Of a stretch of DNA of 64,000 bases, positions 1 to 14,800 are shown in pieces (positions within the stretch are counted from its first letter, which is position 1; each line of letters starts with the position of its first letter). This stretch comes from Eledone cirrhosa (taxonomy: Eukaryota), in NCBI GenBank assembly GCA_964016885.1, contig OZ024740.1:137392001-137456000 (forward strand), given 5' to 3'. The position numbers were made by a program, and so were the translations under genes. The notes beneath the pieces were generated by a model. It saw only the letters and a list, made by a program, of their open reading frames with translations. It was not told the origin of the DNA and did not search any database.

Positions 1-3000
1 CTCTTAGCACTTTTCTCTCAATCCCCCATTCTCTCTCTCTCTTATCACTTTTCTCTCAATCTCCAATTCTCTCTTTCTCTTATCACTTTTCTCTCAAACT
101 CCAATTCTCTCTTTCTCTCATCACATTTCTCTCAATCTCCAATTCTCTCTTTCTCTTATCAGTTTTCTCTCAATCTGCAATTCTCTCTTTCTCTTATCAC
201 TTTTCTCTCAATCTCCAATTCTCTCTTTCTCTTCTCACTTTTCCCCTAATCTCCAATTCTCTCTTTCTCTCATCACTTTTCTCTCAATCTCCAATTCTCA
301 CTTTCTCTAATCACTTTTCTCTCAATCTCCAATTCTCTCTTTCTCTTATCACTTATCTCTCAATTTCCAATTCTCTCTTTCTCTTATCCATTTTCTCTCA
401 ATCTGCAATTCTCTCTTTCTTTTCTCACTTTTCCCCCAATCTCCAATTCTCTCTTTCTCTTCTCACTTTTCTCTCAAACTCCAATTCTCTCTTCTCTTAT
501 CACTTTTCTTTCAATCACCAATTCTCTCTTTCTCTTATCACTTTTCTCTCAATCTCCAATTCTCTCTTTCTCTCATCACTTTTCTCTCAATCTCCAATTC
601 TCTCTTTCTCTTATCACTTTTCTCTCAATCTCCAACTCTCTCTTTCTCTTATCCCTTTTCTCTCAATCTCCAATTCTCTCTTTCTCTTCTCACTTTTCTC
701 TCAATCTCCAATCCTCTCTTTCTGTTCTCAGTTTTCCCCCAATCTCCAATTCTCTATTTCTCTTAGCACTTTTCTCTCAATCCTCCATTCTCTCTCTCTC
801 TTATCACTTTTCTCTCAATCTCCAATTCTCTCTTTCTCTTATCACTTTTGTCTCAATCTCCAATTCTCTCTTTCTCTTATCAGTTTTCTCTCAATCTGCA
901 ATTCTCTCTTTCTCTTATCACTTTTCTCTCAATCTCCAATTCTCTCTATCTCTTCTCACTTTTCCCCTAATCTCCAATTCTCTCTTTCTCTTATCACTTT
1001 TCTCTCAATCACCAATTCTCTCTTTCTCTTATCACTTTTCTCCCAATCTCCAATTCTCTCTTTCTCTTATCCCTTTTCTCTCAATCTCCAATTATCTCTT
1101 TCTCTTATCACTTTTCTCTCAATCTCCAATTCTCTCTTTCTCTTCTCACTTTTCCCCTAATCTCCAATTCTCTCTTTCTCTTATCACTTTTCTCTCAATC
1201 TCCATTTCTCTCTTTCTCTTATCACTTTTCTCTCAATCTCAATTCTCTCTTTCTCTTATCACTTTTCTCTCAATCTCCAATTCTCTCTTTCTCTTATCCA
1301 TTTTCTCTCAATCTGCAATTCTCTCTTTCTTTTCTCACTTTTCCCCCAATCTCCAATTCTCTCTTTCTCTTCACACTTTTCCCCCAATCTCCAATTCTCT
1401 CTTTCTCTTCACACTTATCCCCCAATCTCCAATTCTCTCTTTCTCTTCTCACTTTTCTCTCAATCTCCAATTCTCTCTTTCTCTTATCACTTTTCTCTCA
1501 ATCTCCAATTCTTTCTGTCTCTTATCACTTTTCTCTCAATCTCCAACTCTCTCTTTCTCTTATCCCTTTTCTCTCAATCTCCAATTCTCTCTTTCTCTTC
1601 TCACTTTTCTCTCAATCTCCAATCCTCTCTTTCTGTTCTCAGTTTTCCCCCAATCTCCAATTCTCTATTTCTCTTAGCACTTTTCTCTCAATCCCCCATT
1701 CTCTCTCTCTCTTATCACTTTTCTCTCAATCTCCAATTCTCTCTTTCTCTTATCACTTTTCTCTCAAACTACAATTCTCTCTTTCTCTCATCACATTTCT
1801 CTCAATCTCCAATTCTCTCTTTCTCTTATCAGTTTTCTCTCAATCTGCAATTCTCTCTTTCTCTTATCACTTTTCTCTCAATCTCCAATTCTCTCTTTCT
1901 CTTCTCACTTTTCCCCTAATCTCCAATTCTCTCTTTCTCTTATCACTTTTCTCTCAATCTCCAATTCTCTCTTTCTCTTATCACCTTTCTCTGAATCTCC
2001 AATTCTCTCTTTCTCTTATCCATTTTCTCTCAATCTGCAATTCTCTCTTTCTTTTCTCACTTTTCCCCCAATCTCCAATTCTCTCTTTCTCTTCACTCTT
2101 TTCCCCCAATCTCCAATTCTCTCTTTCTCTTCACACTTTTCCCCCAATCTCCAATTCTCTCTTTCTCTTCTCACTTTTCTCTCAATCTCCAGTTCTCTCT
2201 TTCTCTTATCACTTTTCTCTCAATCACTTTTCTCTCCATCTCCAATTCTCTCTTTCTCTTATCACTTTTCTCTCAATCTCCAATTCTCTCTTTCTCTTAT
2301 CACTTTTCTCTCAATCTCCAATTCTCTCTTTCTCTTATCACTTTCCTCTCAATCTCCAATTCTCTCTTTCTCTTCTCACTTTTCACCCAATCTCCAATTC
2401 TCTCTTTCTCTTATCACTTTTCTCTCAATCTCCAATTCTCTCTTTCTCTTATCACTTTTCTCTCAATCTCCAATTCTCCCTTTCTCTTATCACTTTTCTC
2501 TCAATCTCCAACTCTCTCTTTCTCTTATCCCTTTTCTCTCAATCTCCAATTATCTCTTTCTCTTATCACTTTTCTCTCAATCTCCAATTCTCTCTTTCTC
2601 TTCTCATTTTCCCCCAATCTCCAATTCTCTTTTTCTCTTTACACTTTTCCCCAACCTCCAATTCTCTCTTTCTCTTATCACTTTTCTCTCAATCTCCAAT
2701 TCTCTCTTCCCTTCTCACTTTTCCCTCAATCTCCAATTCTCTCTTTCTCTTCTCACTTTTCTCTCAATCTCCAATCCTCTCTTTCTGTTCTCAGTTTTCC
2801 CCAAATCTCCAATTCTCTCTTTCTCTTATCACTTTTCTCTCAATCTCCCATTCTCTCTCTCTCTTATCACTTTTCTCTCAATCTCCAATTCACTCTTTCT
2901 CTTATCCATTTTCTCTCAATCTGCAATTCTCTCTTTCTTTTCTCACTTTTCCCCCAATCTCCAATTCTCTCATTCTCTTCACACTTTTCCCCCAATCTCC

Positions 3001-6000
3001 AATTCTCTCTTTCTCTTCTCACTTTTCTCTCAATCTCCAATTCTCTCTTTCTCTTATCACTTTTCTCTCAATCTCCAATTCTCTCTTTCTCTTATCACTT
3101 TTCTCTCAATCTCCAACTCTCTCTTTCTCTTATCCCTTTTCTCTCAATCTCCAATTCTCTCTTTCTCTTCTCACTTTTCTCTCAATCTCCAATCCTCTCT
3201 TTCTGTTCTCAGTTTTCCCCCATTCTCCAATTCTCTATTTCTCTTAGCACTTTTCTCTCAATCCCCCATTCTCTCTCTCTCTTATCACTTTTCTCTCAAT
3301 CTCCAATTCTCTCTTTCTCTTATCACTTTTCTCTCAAACTCCAATTCTCTCTTTCTCTCATCACATTTCTCTCAATCTCCAATTCTCTCTTTCTCTTATC
3401 AGTTTTCTCTCAATCTGCAATTCTCTATTTCTCTTATCACTTTTCTCTCAATCTCCAATTCTCTCTTTCTCTTCTCACTTTTCCCCTAATCTCCAATTCT
3501 CTCTTTCTCTCATCACTTTTCTCTCAATATCCAATTCTCTCTTTCTCTTATCACTTTTCTCTCAATCTCCAATTCTCTCTTTCTGTTATCACTTTTCTCT
3601 GAATCTCCAATTCTCTCTTTCTCTTATCCATTTTCTCTCAATCTGCAATTCTCTCTTTCTTTTCTCACTTTTCCCCTAATCTCCAATTCTCTCTTTCTCT
3701 TATCACTTTTCTCTCAATCTCCAATTCTCACTTTCTCTAATCACTTTTCTCTCAATCTCCAATTCTCTCTTTCTCTTATCACTTATCTCTCAATTTCCAA
3801 TTCTCTCTTTCTCTTATCCATTTTCTCTCAATCTGCAATTCTCTCTTTCTTTTCTCACTTTTCCCCCAATCTCCAATTCTCTCTTTCTCTTCTCACTTTT
3901 CTCTCAAACTCCAATTCTCTCTTCTCTTATCACTTTTCTTTCAATCACCAATTCTCTCTTTCTCTTATCACTTTTCTCTCAATCTCCAATTCTCTCTTTC
4001 TCTCATCACTTTTCTCTCAATCTCCAATTCTCTCTTTCTCTTATCACTTTTCTCTCAATCTCCAACTCTCTCTTTCTCTTATCCCTTTTCTCTCAATCTC
4101 CAATTCTCTCTTTCTCTTCTCACTTTTCTCTCAATCTCCAATCCTCTCTTTCTGTTCTCAGTTTTCCCCCAATCTCCAATTCTCTATTTCTCTTAGCACT
4201 TTTCTCTCAATCCTCCATTCTCTCTTTCTCTTATCACTTTTCTCTCAATCTCCAATTCTCTCTTTCTCTTATCACTTTTCTCTCAATCTCCAATTCTCTC
4301 TTTCTCTTATCAGTTTTCTCTCAATCTGCAATTCTCTCTTTCTCTTATCACTTTTCTCTCAATCTCCAATTCTCTCTATCTCTTCTCACTTTTCCCCTAA
4401 TCTCCAATTCTCTCTTTCTCTTATCACTTTTCTCTCAATCACCAATTCTCTCTTTCTCTTATCACTTTTCTCCCAATCTCCAATTCTCTCTTTCTCTTAT
4501 CACTTTTCTCTCAATCTCCAATTCTCTCTTTCTCTTATCACTTGTCCCCCAATCTACAATTCTCTCTTTCTCTTATCACTTTTCTCTCAATCTCCAATTC
4601 TCTCTTTCTCTTATCACTTTTCCCATAATCTCCAATTCTCTCTTTCTCTTATCACTTTTATGCCAATCTCCAATTGTCTCTTTCTCTTATCACTTTTCTC
4701 TCAATCTCCAATTCTCTCTTTCTCTTATCACTTTTCTCTCAATCTCCAATTCTCTCTTTCTCTTATCACTTTTCTCTCAATCTCTAATTCTCTCTTTCTC
4801 TTATCACTTTTCTCTCAATCTCCAATTCTCTCTTTCTCTTATCACTTTTCTCTCAATATCCAATTCTCTCTTTCTCTCATCACTTTTCTCTCAATCTCCA
4901 ATTCTCTCTTTCTCTTATCCATTTTCTCTCAATCTGCAATTCTCTCTTTCTTTTCTCACTTTTCCCCCAATCTCCAATTCTCTCTTTCTCTTTACACTCT
5001 TCCCCCAATCTCCAATTCTCTCTTTCTCTTATCACTTTTCTCTCAATCTGCAATTCTCTCTTTCTCTTATTACTTTTCTCTCAATCTCCAATCTCTCTTT
5101 CTCATATCACTTTTCTCTCAAACTCCAATTCTCTCTTTCTCTCATCACTTTTCTCTCAATCTCCAATTCTCTCTTTCTCTTATCACTTTTCTCTCAATTT
5201 CCAACTCTCTCTTTCTCTTATCCCTATTGTCTCAATCTCCAATTCTCTCTTTCTCTTCTCACTTTTCTCTCAATCTCCAATCCTCTCAATCTGTTCTCAG
5301 TTTTCCCCCAATCTCCAATTCTCTATTTCTCTTAGTACTTTTCTTTCAATCCCCCATTCTCTCTCTCTCTTATCACTTTTCTCTCAATCTCCAATTCTCT
5401 CTTTCTCTTATCACTTTTCTCTCAATCTCCAATTCTCTCTTTCTCTTATCACTTTTCTCTCAATCTCCAATTCTCTCTTTCTCTTATTAGTTTTCTCTCA
5501 ATCTCCAATTCTCTCTTTCTCTTATCACTTTTATCTCAATCTCCAATTCTCTCTTTCTCTTATCACTTTTCTCTCAATCTCCAATTCTCTCTATCTATTA
5601 TCACTTGTTCCCCAATCTACAATTCTGTCTTTCTCTTATCACTTTTCTCGCAATCTCCAATTCTCTCTTTCTCTTATCACTTTTCCCCCAATCTCTAATT
5701 CTCTCTTTCTCTTATCACTTTTCTCTCAATCTCCAATTCTCTCTTTCTCTTATCACTTTTCCCATAATCTCCAATTCTCTCTTTCTCTTATCACTTTTCT
5801 CTCAATCTCCACTTCTCTCTTTCTCTTATCACTTTTCTGCCAATCTCCAATTCTCTCTTTCTCTTATCACTTTTCTCTCAATCTCCAATTCTCTCTTTCT
5901 CTTATCACTTTTCTCTCAATCTCCAATTCTCTCTTTCTCTTATCACTGTTCTCTCAATCTCTAATTCTCTCTTTCTCTTATCACTTTTCTCTCAATCTCC

Positions 6001-9000
6001 AATTCTCTCTTTCTCTTATCACTTTTCTCTCAATCAACAATTCTCTCTTTCTCTTATCACTTTTCCCCCAATCTCCAATTCTCTCTTTCTCTTATCACTT
6101 TTCTCTAAATCTCCAATTCTCTCTTTCTCTTCTCACTTTTCTCTCAATCTCCAATCCTCTCTTTCTGTTCTCAGTTTTCCCCCAATCTCCAATTCTCTAT
6201 TTCTCTTAGCACTTTTCTCTCAATCCTCCATTCTCTCTCTCTCTTATCACTTTTCTCTCAATCTCCAATTCTCTCTTTCTCTTATCACTTTTCTCTCAAT
6301 CTCCAATTCTCTCTTTCTCTTATCAGTTTTCTCTCAATCTGCAATTCTCTCTTTCTCTTATCACTTTTCTCTCAATCTCCAATTCTCTCTATCTCTTCTC
6401 ACTTTTCCCCTAATCTCCAATTCTCTCTTTCTCTTATCACTTTTCTCCCAATCTCCAATTCTCTCTTTCTCTTATCACTTTTCTCTCAATCTCCAATTCT
6501 CTCTTTCTCTTATCACTTGTCCCCCAATCTACAATTCTCTCTTTCTCTTATCACTTTTCTCTCAATCTCCAATTCTCTCTTTCTCTTATCACTTTTCCCA
6601 TAATCTCCAATTCTCTCTTTCTCTTATCACTTTTATGCCAATCTCCAATTGTCTCTTTCTCTTATCACTTTTCTCTCAATCTCCAATTCTCTCTTTCTCT
6701 TATCACTTTTCTCTCAATCTCCAATTCTCTCTTTCTCTTATCACTTTTCTCTCAATCTCTAATTCCCTCTTTCTCTTATCACTTTTCTCTCAATCTCCAA
6801 TTCTCTCTTTCTCTTATCACTTTTCTCTCAATCTGCAATTCTCTCTTTCTCTTATCACTTTTATCTCAATCTCCAATTCTCTCTTTCTCTTCTCACTTTT
6901 CCCCTAATCTCCAATTCTCTCTTTCTCTTATCACTTTTCTCTCAATATCCAATTCTCTCTTTCTCTCATCACTTTTCTCTCAATCTCCAATTCTCTCTTT
7001 CTCTTATCCATTTTCTCTCAATCTGCAATTCTCTCTTTCTTTTCTCACTTTTCCCCCAATCTCCAATTCTCTCTTTCTCTTTACACTCTTCCCCCAATCT
7101 CCAATTCTCTCTTTCTCTTATCACTTTTCTCTCAATCTGCAATTCTCTCTTTCTCTTATTACTTTTCTCTCAATCTCCAATCTCTCTTTCTCATATCACT
7201 TTTCTCTCAAACTCCAATTCTCTCTTTCTCTCATCACTTTTCTCTCAATCTCCAATTCTCTCTTTCTCTTATCACTTTTCTCTCAATTTCCAACTCTCTC
7301 TTTCTCTTATCCCTATTGTCTCAATCTCCAATTCTCTCTTTCTCTTCTCACTTTTCTCTCAATCTCCAATCCTCTCAATCTGTTCTCAGTTTTCCCCCAA
7401 TCTCCAATTCTCTATTTCTCTTAGTACTTTTCTTTCAATCCCCCATTCTCTCTTTCTCTTATCACTTTTCTCTCAATCTCCAATTCTCTCTTTCTCTTAT
7501 CACTTTTCTCTCAATCTCCAATTCTCTCTTTCTCTAATCACTTTTCTCTCAATCTCCAATTCTCTCTTTCTCTTATTAGTTTTCTCTCAATCTCCAATTC
7601 TCTCTTTCTCTTATCACTTTTATCTCAATCTCCAATTCTCTCTTTCTCTTATCACTTTTCTCTCAATCTCCAATTCTCTCTATCTATTATCACTTGTTCC
7701 CCAATCTACAATTCTGTCTTTCTCTTATCACTTTTCTCTCAATCTCCAATTCTCTCTTTCTCTTATCACTTTTCCCCCAATCTCTAATTCTCTCTTTCTC
7801 TTATCACTTTTCTCTCAATCTCCAATTCTCTCTTTCTCTTATCACTTTTCCCATAATCTCCAATTCTCTCTTTCTCTTATCACTTTTCTCTCAATCTCCA
7901 CTTCTCTCTTTCTCTTATCACTTTTCTGCCAATCTCCAATTCTCTCTTTCTCTTATCACTTTTCTCTCAATCTCCAATTCTCTCTTTCTCTTATCACTTT
8001 TCTCTCAATCTCCAATTCTCTCTTTCTCTTATCACTGTTCTCTCAATCTCTAATTCTCTCTTTCTCTTATCACTTTTCTCTCAATCTCCAATTCTCTCTT
8101 TCTCTTATCACTTTTCTCTCAATCAACAATTCTCTCTTTCTCTTATCACTTTTCCCCCAATCTCCAATTCTCTCTTTCTCTTATCACTTTTCTCTAAATC
8201 TCCAATTCTCTCTTTCTCTTCTCACTTTTCCCCTAATCTCCAATTCTCTCTTTCTCTTATCACTTTTCTCTCAATCTCCAATTCTCTCTTTCTCTAATCA
8301 CTTTTCTCTCAATCTCCAATTCTCTCTTTCTCTTATCACTTATCTCTCAATTTCCAATTCTCTCTTTCTCTTATCCATTTTCTCTCAATCTGCAATTCTC
8401 TCTTTCTTTTCTCACTTTTCCCCCAATCTCCAATTCTCTCTTTCTCTTCTCACTTTTCTCTCAAACTCCAATTCTCTCTTCTCTTATCACTTTTCTTTCA
8501 ATCACCAATTCTCTCTTTCTCTTATCACTTTTCTCTCAATCTCCAATTCTCTCTTTCTCTCATCACTTTTCTCTCAATCTCCAATTCTCTCTTTCTCTTA
8601 TCACTTTTCTCTCAATCTCCAACTCTCTCTTTCTCTTATCCCTTTTCTCTCAATCTCCAATTCTCTCTTTCTCTTCTCACTTTTCTCTCAATCTCCAATC
8701 CTCTCTTTCTGTTCTCAGTTTTCCCCCAATCTCCAATTCTCTCTTTCTCTTCTCACTTTTCTCTCAAACTCCAATTCTCTCTTCTCTTAGCACTTTTCTC
8801 TCAATCCTCCATTCTCTCTCTCTCTTATCACTTTTCTCTCAATCTCCAATTCTCTCTTTCTGTTATCACTTTTCTCTCAATCTCCAATTCTCTCTTTCTC
8901 TTATCAGTTTTCTCTCAATCTGCAATTCTCTCTTTCTCTTATCACTTTTCTCTCAATCTCCAATTCTCTCTTTCTCTTCTCACTTTTCCCCTAATCTCCA

Positions 9001-9804
9001 ATTCTCTCTTTCTCTTATCACTTTTCTCTAAATCTCCAATTCTCTCTTTCTCTTATCACTTTTCTCTCAATCTCCAATTCTCCCTTTCTCTTATCACTTT
9101 TCTCTCAATCTCCAATTCTCTCTTTCTCTTATCTATTTTCTCTCAATCTGCAATTCTCTCTTTCTTTTCTCACTTTTCCCCCAATCTCCAATTCTCTCTT
9201 TCTCTTCACACTTTTCCCCCAATCTCCAATTCTCTCTTTCTCTTCACACTTTTCCCCCAATCTCCAATTCTCTCTTTCTCTTCTCACTTTTCTCTCAATC
9301 TCCAATACTCTCTTTCTCTTATCACTTTTCTCTCAATCTCCAATCCTCTCTTTCTCTTATCACTTTTCTCTCAATCACTTTTCTCTCAATCTCCAATTCT
9401 CTCTTTCTCTTATCACTTTTCTCTCAATCACCAATTCTCTCTTTCTCTTATCACTTTTCTCTCAATCTCCAATTCTCTCTTTCTCTTATTAGTTTTCTCT
9501 CAATCTCCAATTCTCTCTTTCTCTTATCACTTTTATCTCAATCTCCAATTCTCTCTTTCTCTTATCACTTTTCTCTCAATCTCCAATTCTCTCTTTCTCT
9601 TATCATTTGTTCTCCAATCTACAATTCTCTCTTTCTCTTATTACTTTTCTCTCAATCTCCAATTCTCTCTTTCTCTTATCACTTTTCCCCCAATCTCTAA
9701 TTCTCTCTTTCGCTTATCACTTTTCTCTCAATCTCCAATTCTCTCTTTCTCTTATCACTTTTCCCATAATCTCCAATTCTCTCTTTCTCTTATCACTTTT
9801 CTCT
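1..9804 (+). repeat. Large segmental duplication, copy 1 (at least 9.8 kb; left end lies outside the window)
   Basis: Position 1 matches 11851 (offset 11850) up to about 4118, then the offset becomes 12040. ORF pairs 4660/16700, 5605/17645, 6635/18675, 7316/19356, 7694/19734 and 9607/21647 are all 12040 apart. The match ends at 9805 (G) versus 21845 (C). Confidence 0.93.
4130..8220 (+). repeat. About 2-kb higher-order unit, two tandem copies (repeated again at about 16170-20260)
   Basis: The marker TATGCCAATCTCCAATTGTC is at 4659/6634 (offset 1975). CCCTATTGTC at 5222/7311 and CTATCTATTATCACTTGTTCC at 5591/7680 give offset 2089. The offsets differ by 114 = 3 monomers. Confidence 0.88.
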
Positions 9805-11719
9805 GAATCTCCAATTCTCTCTTTCTCTTATCCATTTTCTCTCAATCTGCAATTCTCTCTTTCTTTTCTCACTTTTCCCCCAATCTCCAATTCTCTCTTT
9901 CTCTTCACACTTTTCCCCCAATCTCCAATTCTCTCTTTCTCTTCACACTTTTCCCCCAATCTCCAATTCTCTCTTTCTCTTCTCACTTTTCTCTCAATCT
10001 CCAGTTCTCTCTTTCTCTTATCACTTTTCTCTCAATCACTTTTCTCTCCATCTCCAATTCTCTCTTTCTCTTATCACTTTTCTCTCAATCTCCAATTCTC
10101 TCTTTCTCTTATCACTTTTCTCTCAATCTCCAATTCTCTCTTTCTCTTATCACTTTCCTCTCAATCTCCAATTCTCTCTTTCTCTTCTCACTTTTCACCC
10201 AATCTCCAATTCTCTCTTTCTCTTATCACTTTTCTCTCAATCTCCAATTCTCTCTTTCTCTTATCACTTTTCTCTCAATCTCCAATTCTCCCTTTCTCTT
10301 ATCACTTTTCTCTCAATCTCCAACTCTCTCTTTCTCTTATCCCTTTTCTCTCAATCTCCAATTATCTCTTTCTCTTATCACTTTTCTCTCAATCTCCAAT
10401 TCTCTCTTTCTCTTCTCATTTTCCCCCAATCTCCAATTCTCTTTTTCTCTTTACACTTTTCCCCAACCTCCAATTCTCTCTTTCTCTTATCACTTTTCTC
10501 TCAATCTCCAATTCTCTCTTCCCTTCTCACTTTTCCCTCAATCTCCAATTCTCTCTTTCTCTTCTCACTTTTCTCTCAATCTCCAATCCTCTCTTTCTGT
10601 TCTCAGTTTTCCCCAAATCTCCAATTCTCTCTTTCTCTTATCACTTTTCTCTCAATCTCCCATTCTCTCTCTCTCTTATCACTTTTCTCTCAATCTCCAA
10701 TTCACTCTTTCTCTTATCCATTTTCTCTCAATCTGCAATTCTCTCTTTCTTTTCTCACTTTTCCCCCAATCTCCAATTCTCTCATTCTCTTCACACTTTT
10801 CCCCCAATCTCCAATTCTCTCTTTCTCTTCTCACTTTTCTCTCAATCTCCAATTCTCTCTTTCTCTTATCACTTTTCTCTCAATCTCCAATTCTCTCTTT
10901 CTCTTATCACTTTTCTCTCAATCTCCAACTCTCTCTTTCTCTTATCCCTTTTCTCTCAATCTCCAATTCTCTCTTTCTCTTCTCACTTTTCTCTCAATCT
11001 CCAATCCTCTCTTTCTGTTCTCAGTTTTCCCCCATTCTCCAATTCTCTATTTCTCTTAGCACTTTTCTCTCAATCCCCCATTCTCTCTCTCTCTTATCAC
11101 TTTTCTCTCAATCTCCAATTCTCTCTTTCTCTTATCACTTTTCTCTCAAACTCCAATTCTCTCTTTCTCTCATCACATTTCTCTCAATCTCCAATTATCT
11201 CTTTCTCTTATCAGTTTTCTCTCAATCTGCAATTCTCTCTTTCTCTTATCACTTTTCTCTCAATCTCCAATTCTCTCTTTCTCTTCTCACTTTTCCCCTA
11301 ATCTCCAATTCTCTCTTTCTCTCATCACTTTTCTCTCAATATCCAATTCTCTCTTTCTCTTATCACTTTTCTCTCAATCTCCAATTCTCTCTTTCTGTTA
11401 TCACTTTTCTCTGAATCTCCAATTCTCTCTTTCTCTTATCCATTTTCTCTCAATCTGCAATTCTCTCTTTCTTTTCTCACTTTTCCCCTAATCTCCAATT
11501 CTCTCTTTCTCTTATCACTTTTCTCTCAATCTCCAATTCTCACTTTCTCTAATCACTTTTCTCTCAATCTCCAATTCTCTCTTTCTCTTATCACTTATCT
11601 CTCAATTTCCAATTCTCTCTTTCTCTTATCCATTTTCTCTCAATCTGCAATTCTCTCTTTCTTTTCTCACTTTTCCCCCAATCTCCAATTCTCTCTTTCT
11701 CTTCTCACTTTTCTCTCAA
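9805..11719 (+). repeat. About 1.9-kb block copy of 1993-3907 (third copy at 13843-15757)
   Basis: CTGAATC G at 1993/9805 and CCAGTTC G at 2192/10004 both give offset 7812. The copies share the 15-bp short monomer, TTTCACCC and CCAACCTCC variants, and diverge at 3908/11720. Confidence 0.88.
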
Positions 11720-11850
11720 TCTCCAACTCTCTCTTTCTCTTATCCCTTTTCTCTCAATCTCCAATTCTCTCTTTCTCTTCTCACTTTTCTCTCAATCTCC
11801 AATCCTCTCTTTCTGTTCTCAGTTTTCCCCCAATCTCCAATTCTCTATTT

Positions 11851-14800
11851 CTCTTAGCACTTTTCTCTCAATCCCCCATTCTCTCTCTCTCTTATCACTT
11901 TTCTCTCAATCTCCAATTCTCTCTTTCTCTTATCACTTTTCTCTCAAACTCCAATTCTCTCTTTCTCTCATCACATTTCTCTCAATCTCCAATTCTCTCT
12001 TTCTCTTATCAGTTTTCTCTCAATCTGCAATTCTCTCTTTCTCTTATCACTTTTCTCTCAATCTCCAATTCTCTCTTTCTCTTCTCACTTTTCCCCTAAT
12101 CTCCAATTCTCTCTTTCTCTCATCACTTTTCTCTCAATCTCCAATTCTCACTTTCTCTAATCACTTTTCTCTCAATCTCCAATTCTCTCTTTCTCTTATC
12201 ACTTATCTCTCAATTTCCAATTCTCTCTTTCTCTTATCCATTTTCTCTCAATCTGCAATTCTCTCTTTCTTTTCTCACTTTTCCCCCAATCTCCAATTCT
12301 CTCTTTCTCTTCTCACTTTTCTCTCAAACTCCAATTCTCTCTTCTCTTATCACTTTTCTTTCAATCACCAATTCTCTCTTTCTCTTATCACTTTTCTCTC
12401 AATCTCCAATTCTCTCTTTCTCTCATCACTTTTCTCTCAATCTCCAATTCTCTCTTTCTCTTATCACTTTTCTCTCAATCTCCAACTCTCTCTTTCTCTT
12501 ATCCCTTTTCTCTCAATCTCCAATTCTCTCTTTCTCTTCTCACTTTTCTCTCAATCTCCAATCCTCTCTTTCTGTTCTCAGTTTTCCCCCAATCTCCAAT
12601 TCTCTATTTCTCTTAGCACTTTTCTCTCAATCCTCCATTCTCTCTCTCTCTTATCACTTTTCTCTCAATCTCCAATTCTCTCTTTCTCTTATCACTTTTC
12701 TCTCAATCTCCAATTCTCTCTTTCTCTTATCAGTTTTCTCTCAATCTGCAATTCTCTCTTTCTCTTATCACTTTTCTCTCAATCTCCAATTCTCTCTATC
12801 TCTTCTCACTTTTCCCCTAATCTCCAATTCTCTCTTTCTCTTATCACTTTTCTCTCAATCACCAATTCTCTCTTTCTCTTATCACTTTTCTCCCAATCTC
12901 CAATTCTCTCTTTCTCTTATCCCTTTTCTCTCAATCTCCAATTATCTCTTTCTCTTATCACTTTTCTCTCAATCTCCAATTCTCTCTTTCTCTTCTCACT
13001 TTTCCCCTAATCTCCAATTCTCTCTTTCTCTTATCACTTTTCTCTCAATCTCCATTTCTCTCTTTCTCTTATCACTTTTCTCTCAATCTCAATTCTCTCT
13101 TTCTCTTATCACTTTTCTCTCAATCTCCAATTCTCTCTTTCTCTTATCCATTTTCTCTCAATCTGCAATTCTCTCTTTCTTTTCTCACTTTTCCCCCAAT
13201 CTCCAATTCTCTCTTTCTCTTCACACTTTTCCCCCAATCTCCAATTCTCTCTTTCTCTTCACACTTATCCCCCAATCTCCAATTCTCTCTTTCTCTTCTC
13301 ACTTTTCTCTCAATCTCCAATTCTCTCTTTCTCTTATCACTTTTCTCTCAATCTCCAATTCTTTCTGTCTCTTATCACTTTTCTCTCAATCTCCAACTCT
13401 CTCTTTCTCTTATCCCTTTTCTCTCAATCTCCAATTCTCTCTTTCTCTTCTCACTTTTCTCTCAATCTCCAATCCTCTCTTTCTGTTCTCAGTTTTCCCC
13501 CAATCTCCAATTCTCTATTTCTCTTAGCACTTTTCTCTCAATCCCCCATTCTCTCTCTCTCTTATCACTTTTCTCTCAATCTCCAATTCTCTCTTTCTCT
13601 TATCACTTTTCTCTCAAACTACAATTCTCTCTTTCTCTCATCACATTTCTCTCAATCTCCAATTCTCTCTTTCTCTTATCAGTTTTCTCTCAATCTGCAA
13701 TTCTCTCTTTCTCTTATCACTTTTCTCTCAATCTCCAATTCTCTCTTTCTCTTCTCACTTTTCCCCTAATCTCCAATTCTCTCTTTCTCTTATCACTTTT
13801 CTCTCAATCTCCAATTCTCTCTTTCTCTTATCACCTTTCTCTGAATCTCCAATTCTCTCTTTCTCTTATCCATTTTCTCTCAATCTGCAATTCTCTCTTT
13901 CTTTTCTCACTTTTCCCCCAATCTCCAATTCTCTCTTTCTCTTCACTCTTTTCCCCCAATCTCCAATTCTCTCTTTCTCTTCACACTTTTCCCCCAATCT
14001 CCAATTCTCTCTTTCTCTTCTCACTTTTCTCTCAATCTCCAGTTCTCTCTTTCTCTTATCACTTTTCTCTCAATCACTTTTCTCTCCATCTCCAATTCTC
14101 TCTTTCTCTTATCACTTTTCTCTCAATCTCCAATTCTCTCTTTCTCTTATCACTTTTCTCTCAATCTCCAATTCTCTCTTTCTCTTATCACTTTCCTCTC
14201 AATCTCCAATTCTCTCTTTCTCTTCTCACTTTTCACCCAATCTCCAATTCTCTCTTTCTCTTATCACTTTTCTCTCAATCTCCAATTCTCTCTTTCTCTT
14301 ATCACTTTTCTCTCAATCTCCAATTCTCCCTTTCTCTTATCACTTTTCTCTCAATCTCCAACTCTCTCTTTCTCTTATCCCTTTTCTCTCAATCTCCAAT
14401 TATCTCTTTCTCTTATCACTTTTCTCTCAATCTCCAATTCTCTCTTTCTCTTCTCATTTTCCCCCAATCTCCAATTCTCTTTTTCTCTTTACACTTTTCC
14501 CCAACCTCCAATTCTCTCTTTCTCTTATCACTTTTCTCTCAATCTCCAATTCTCTCTTCCCTTCTCACTTTTCCCTCAATCTCCAATTCTCTCTTTCTCT
14601 TCTCACTTTTCTCTCAATCTCCAATCCTCTCTTTCTGTTCTCAGTTTTCCCCAAATCTCCAATTCTCTCTTTCTCTTATCACTTTTCTCTCAATCTCCCA
14701 TTCTCTCTCTCTCTTATCACTTTTCTCTCAATCTCCAATTCACTCTTTCTCTTATCCATTTTCTCTCAATCTGCAATTCTCTCTTTCTTTTCTCACTTTT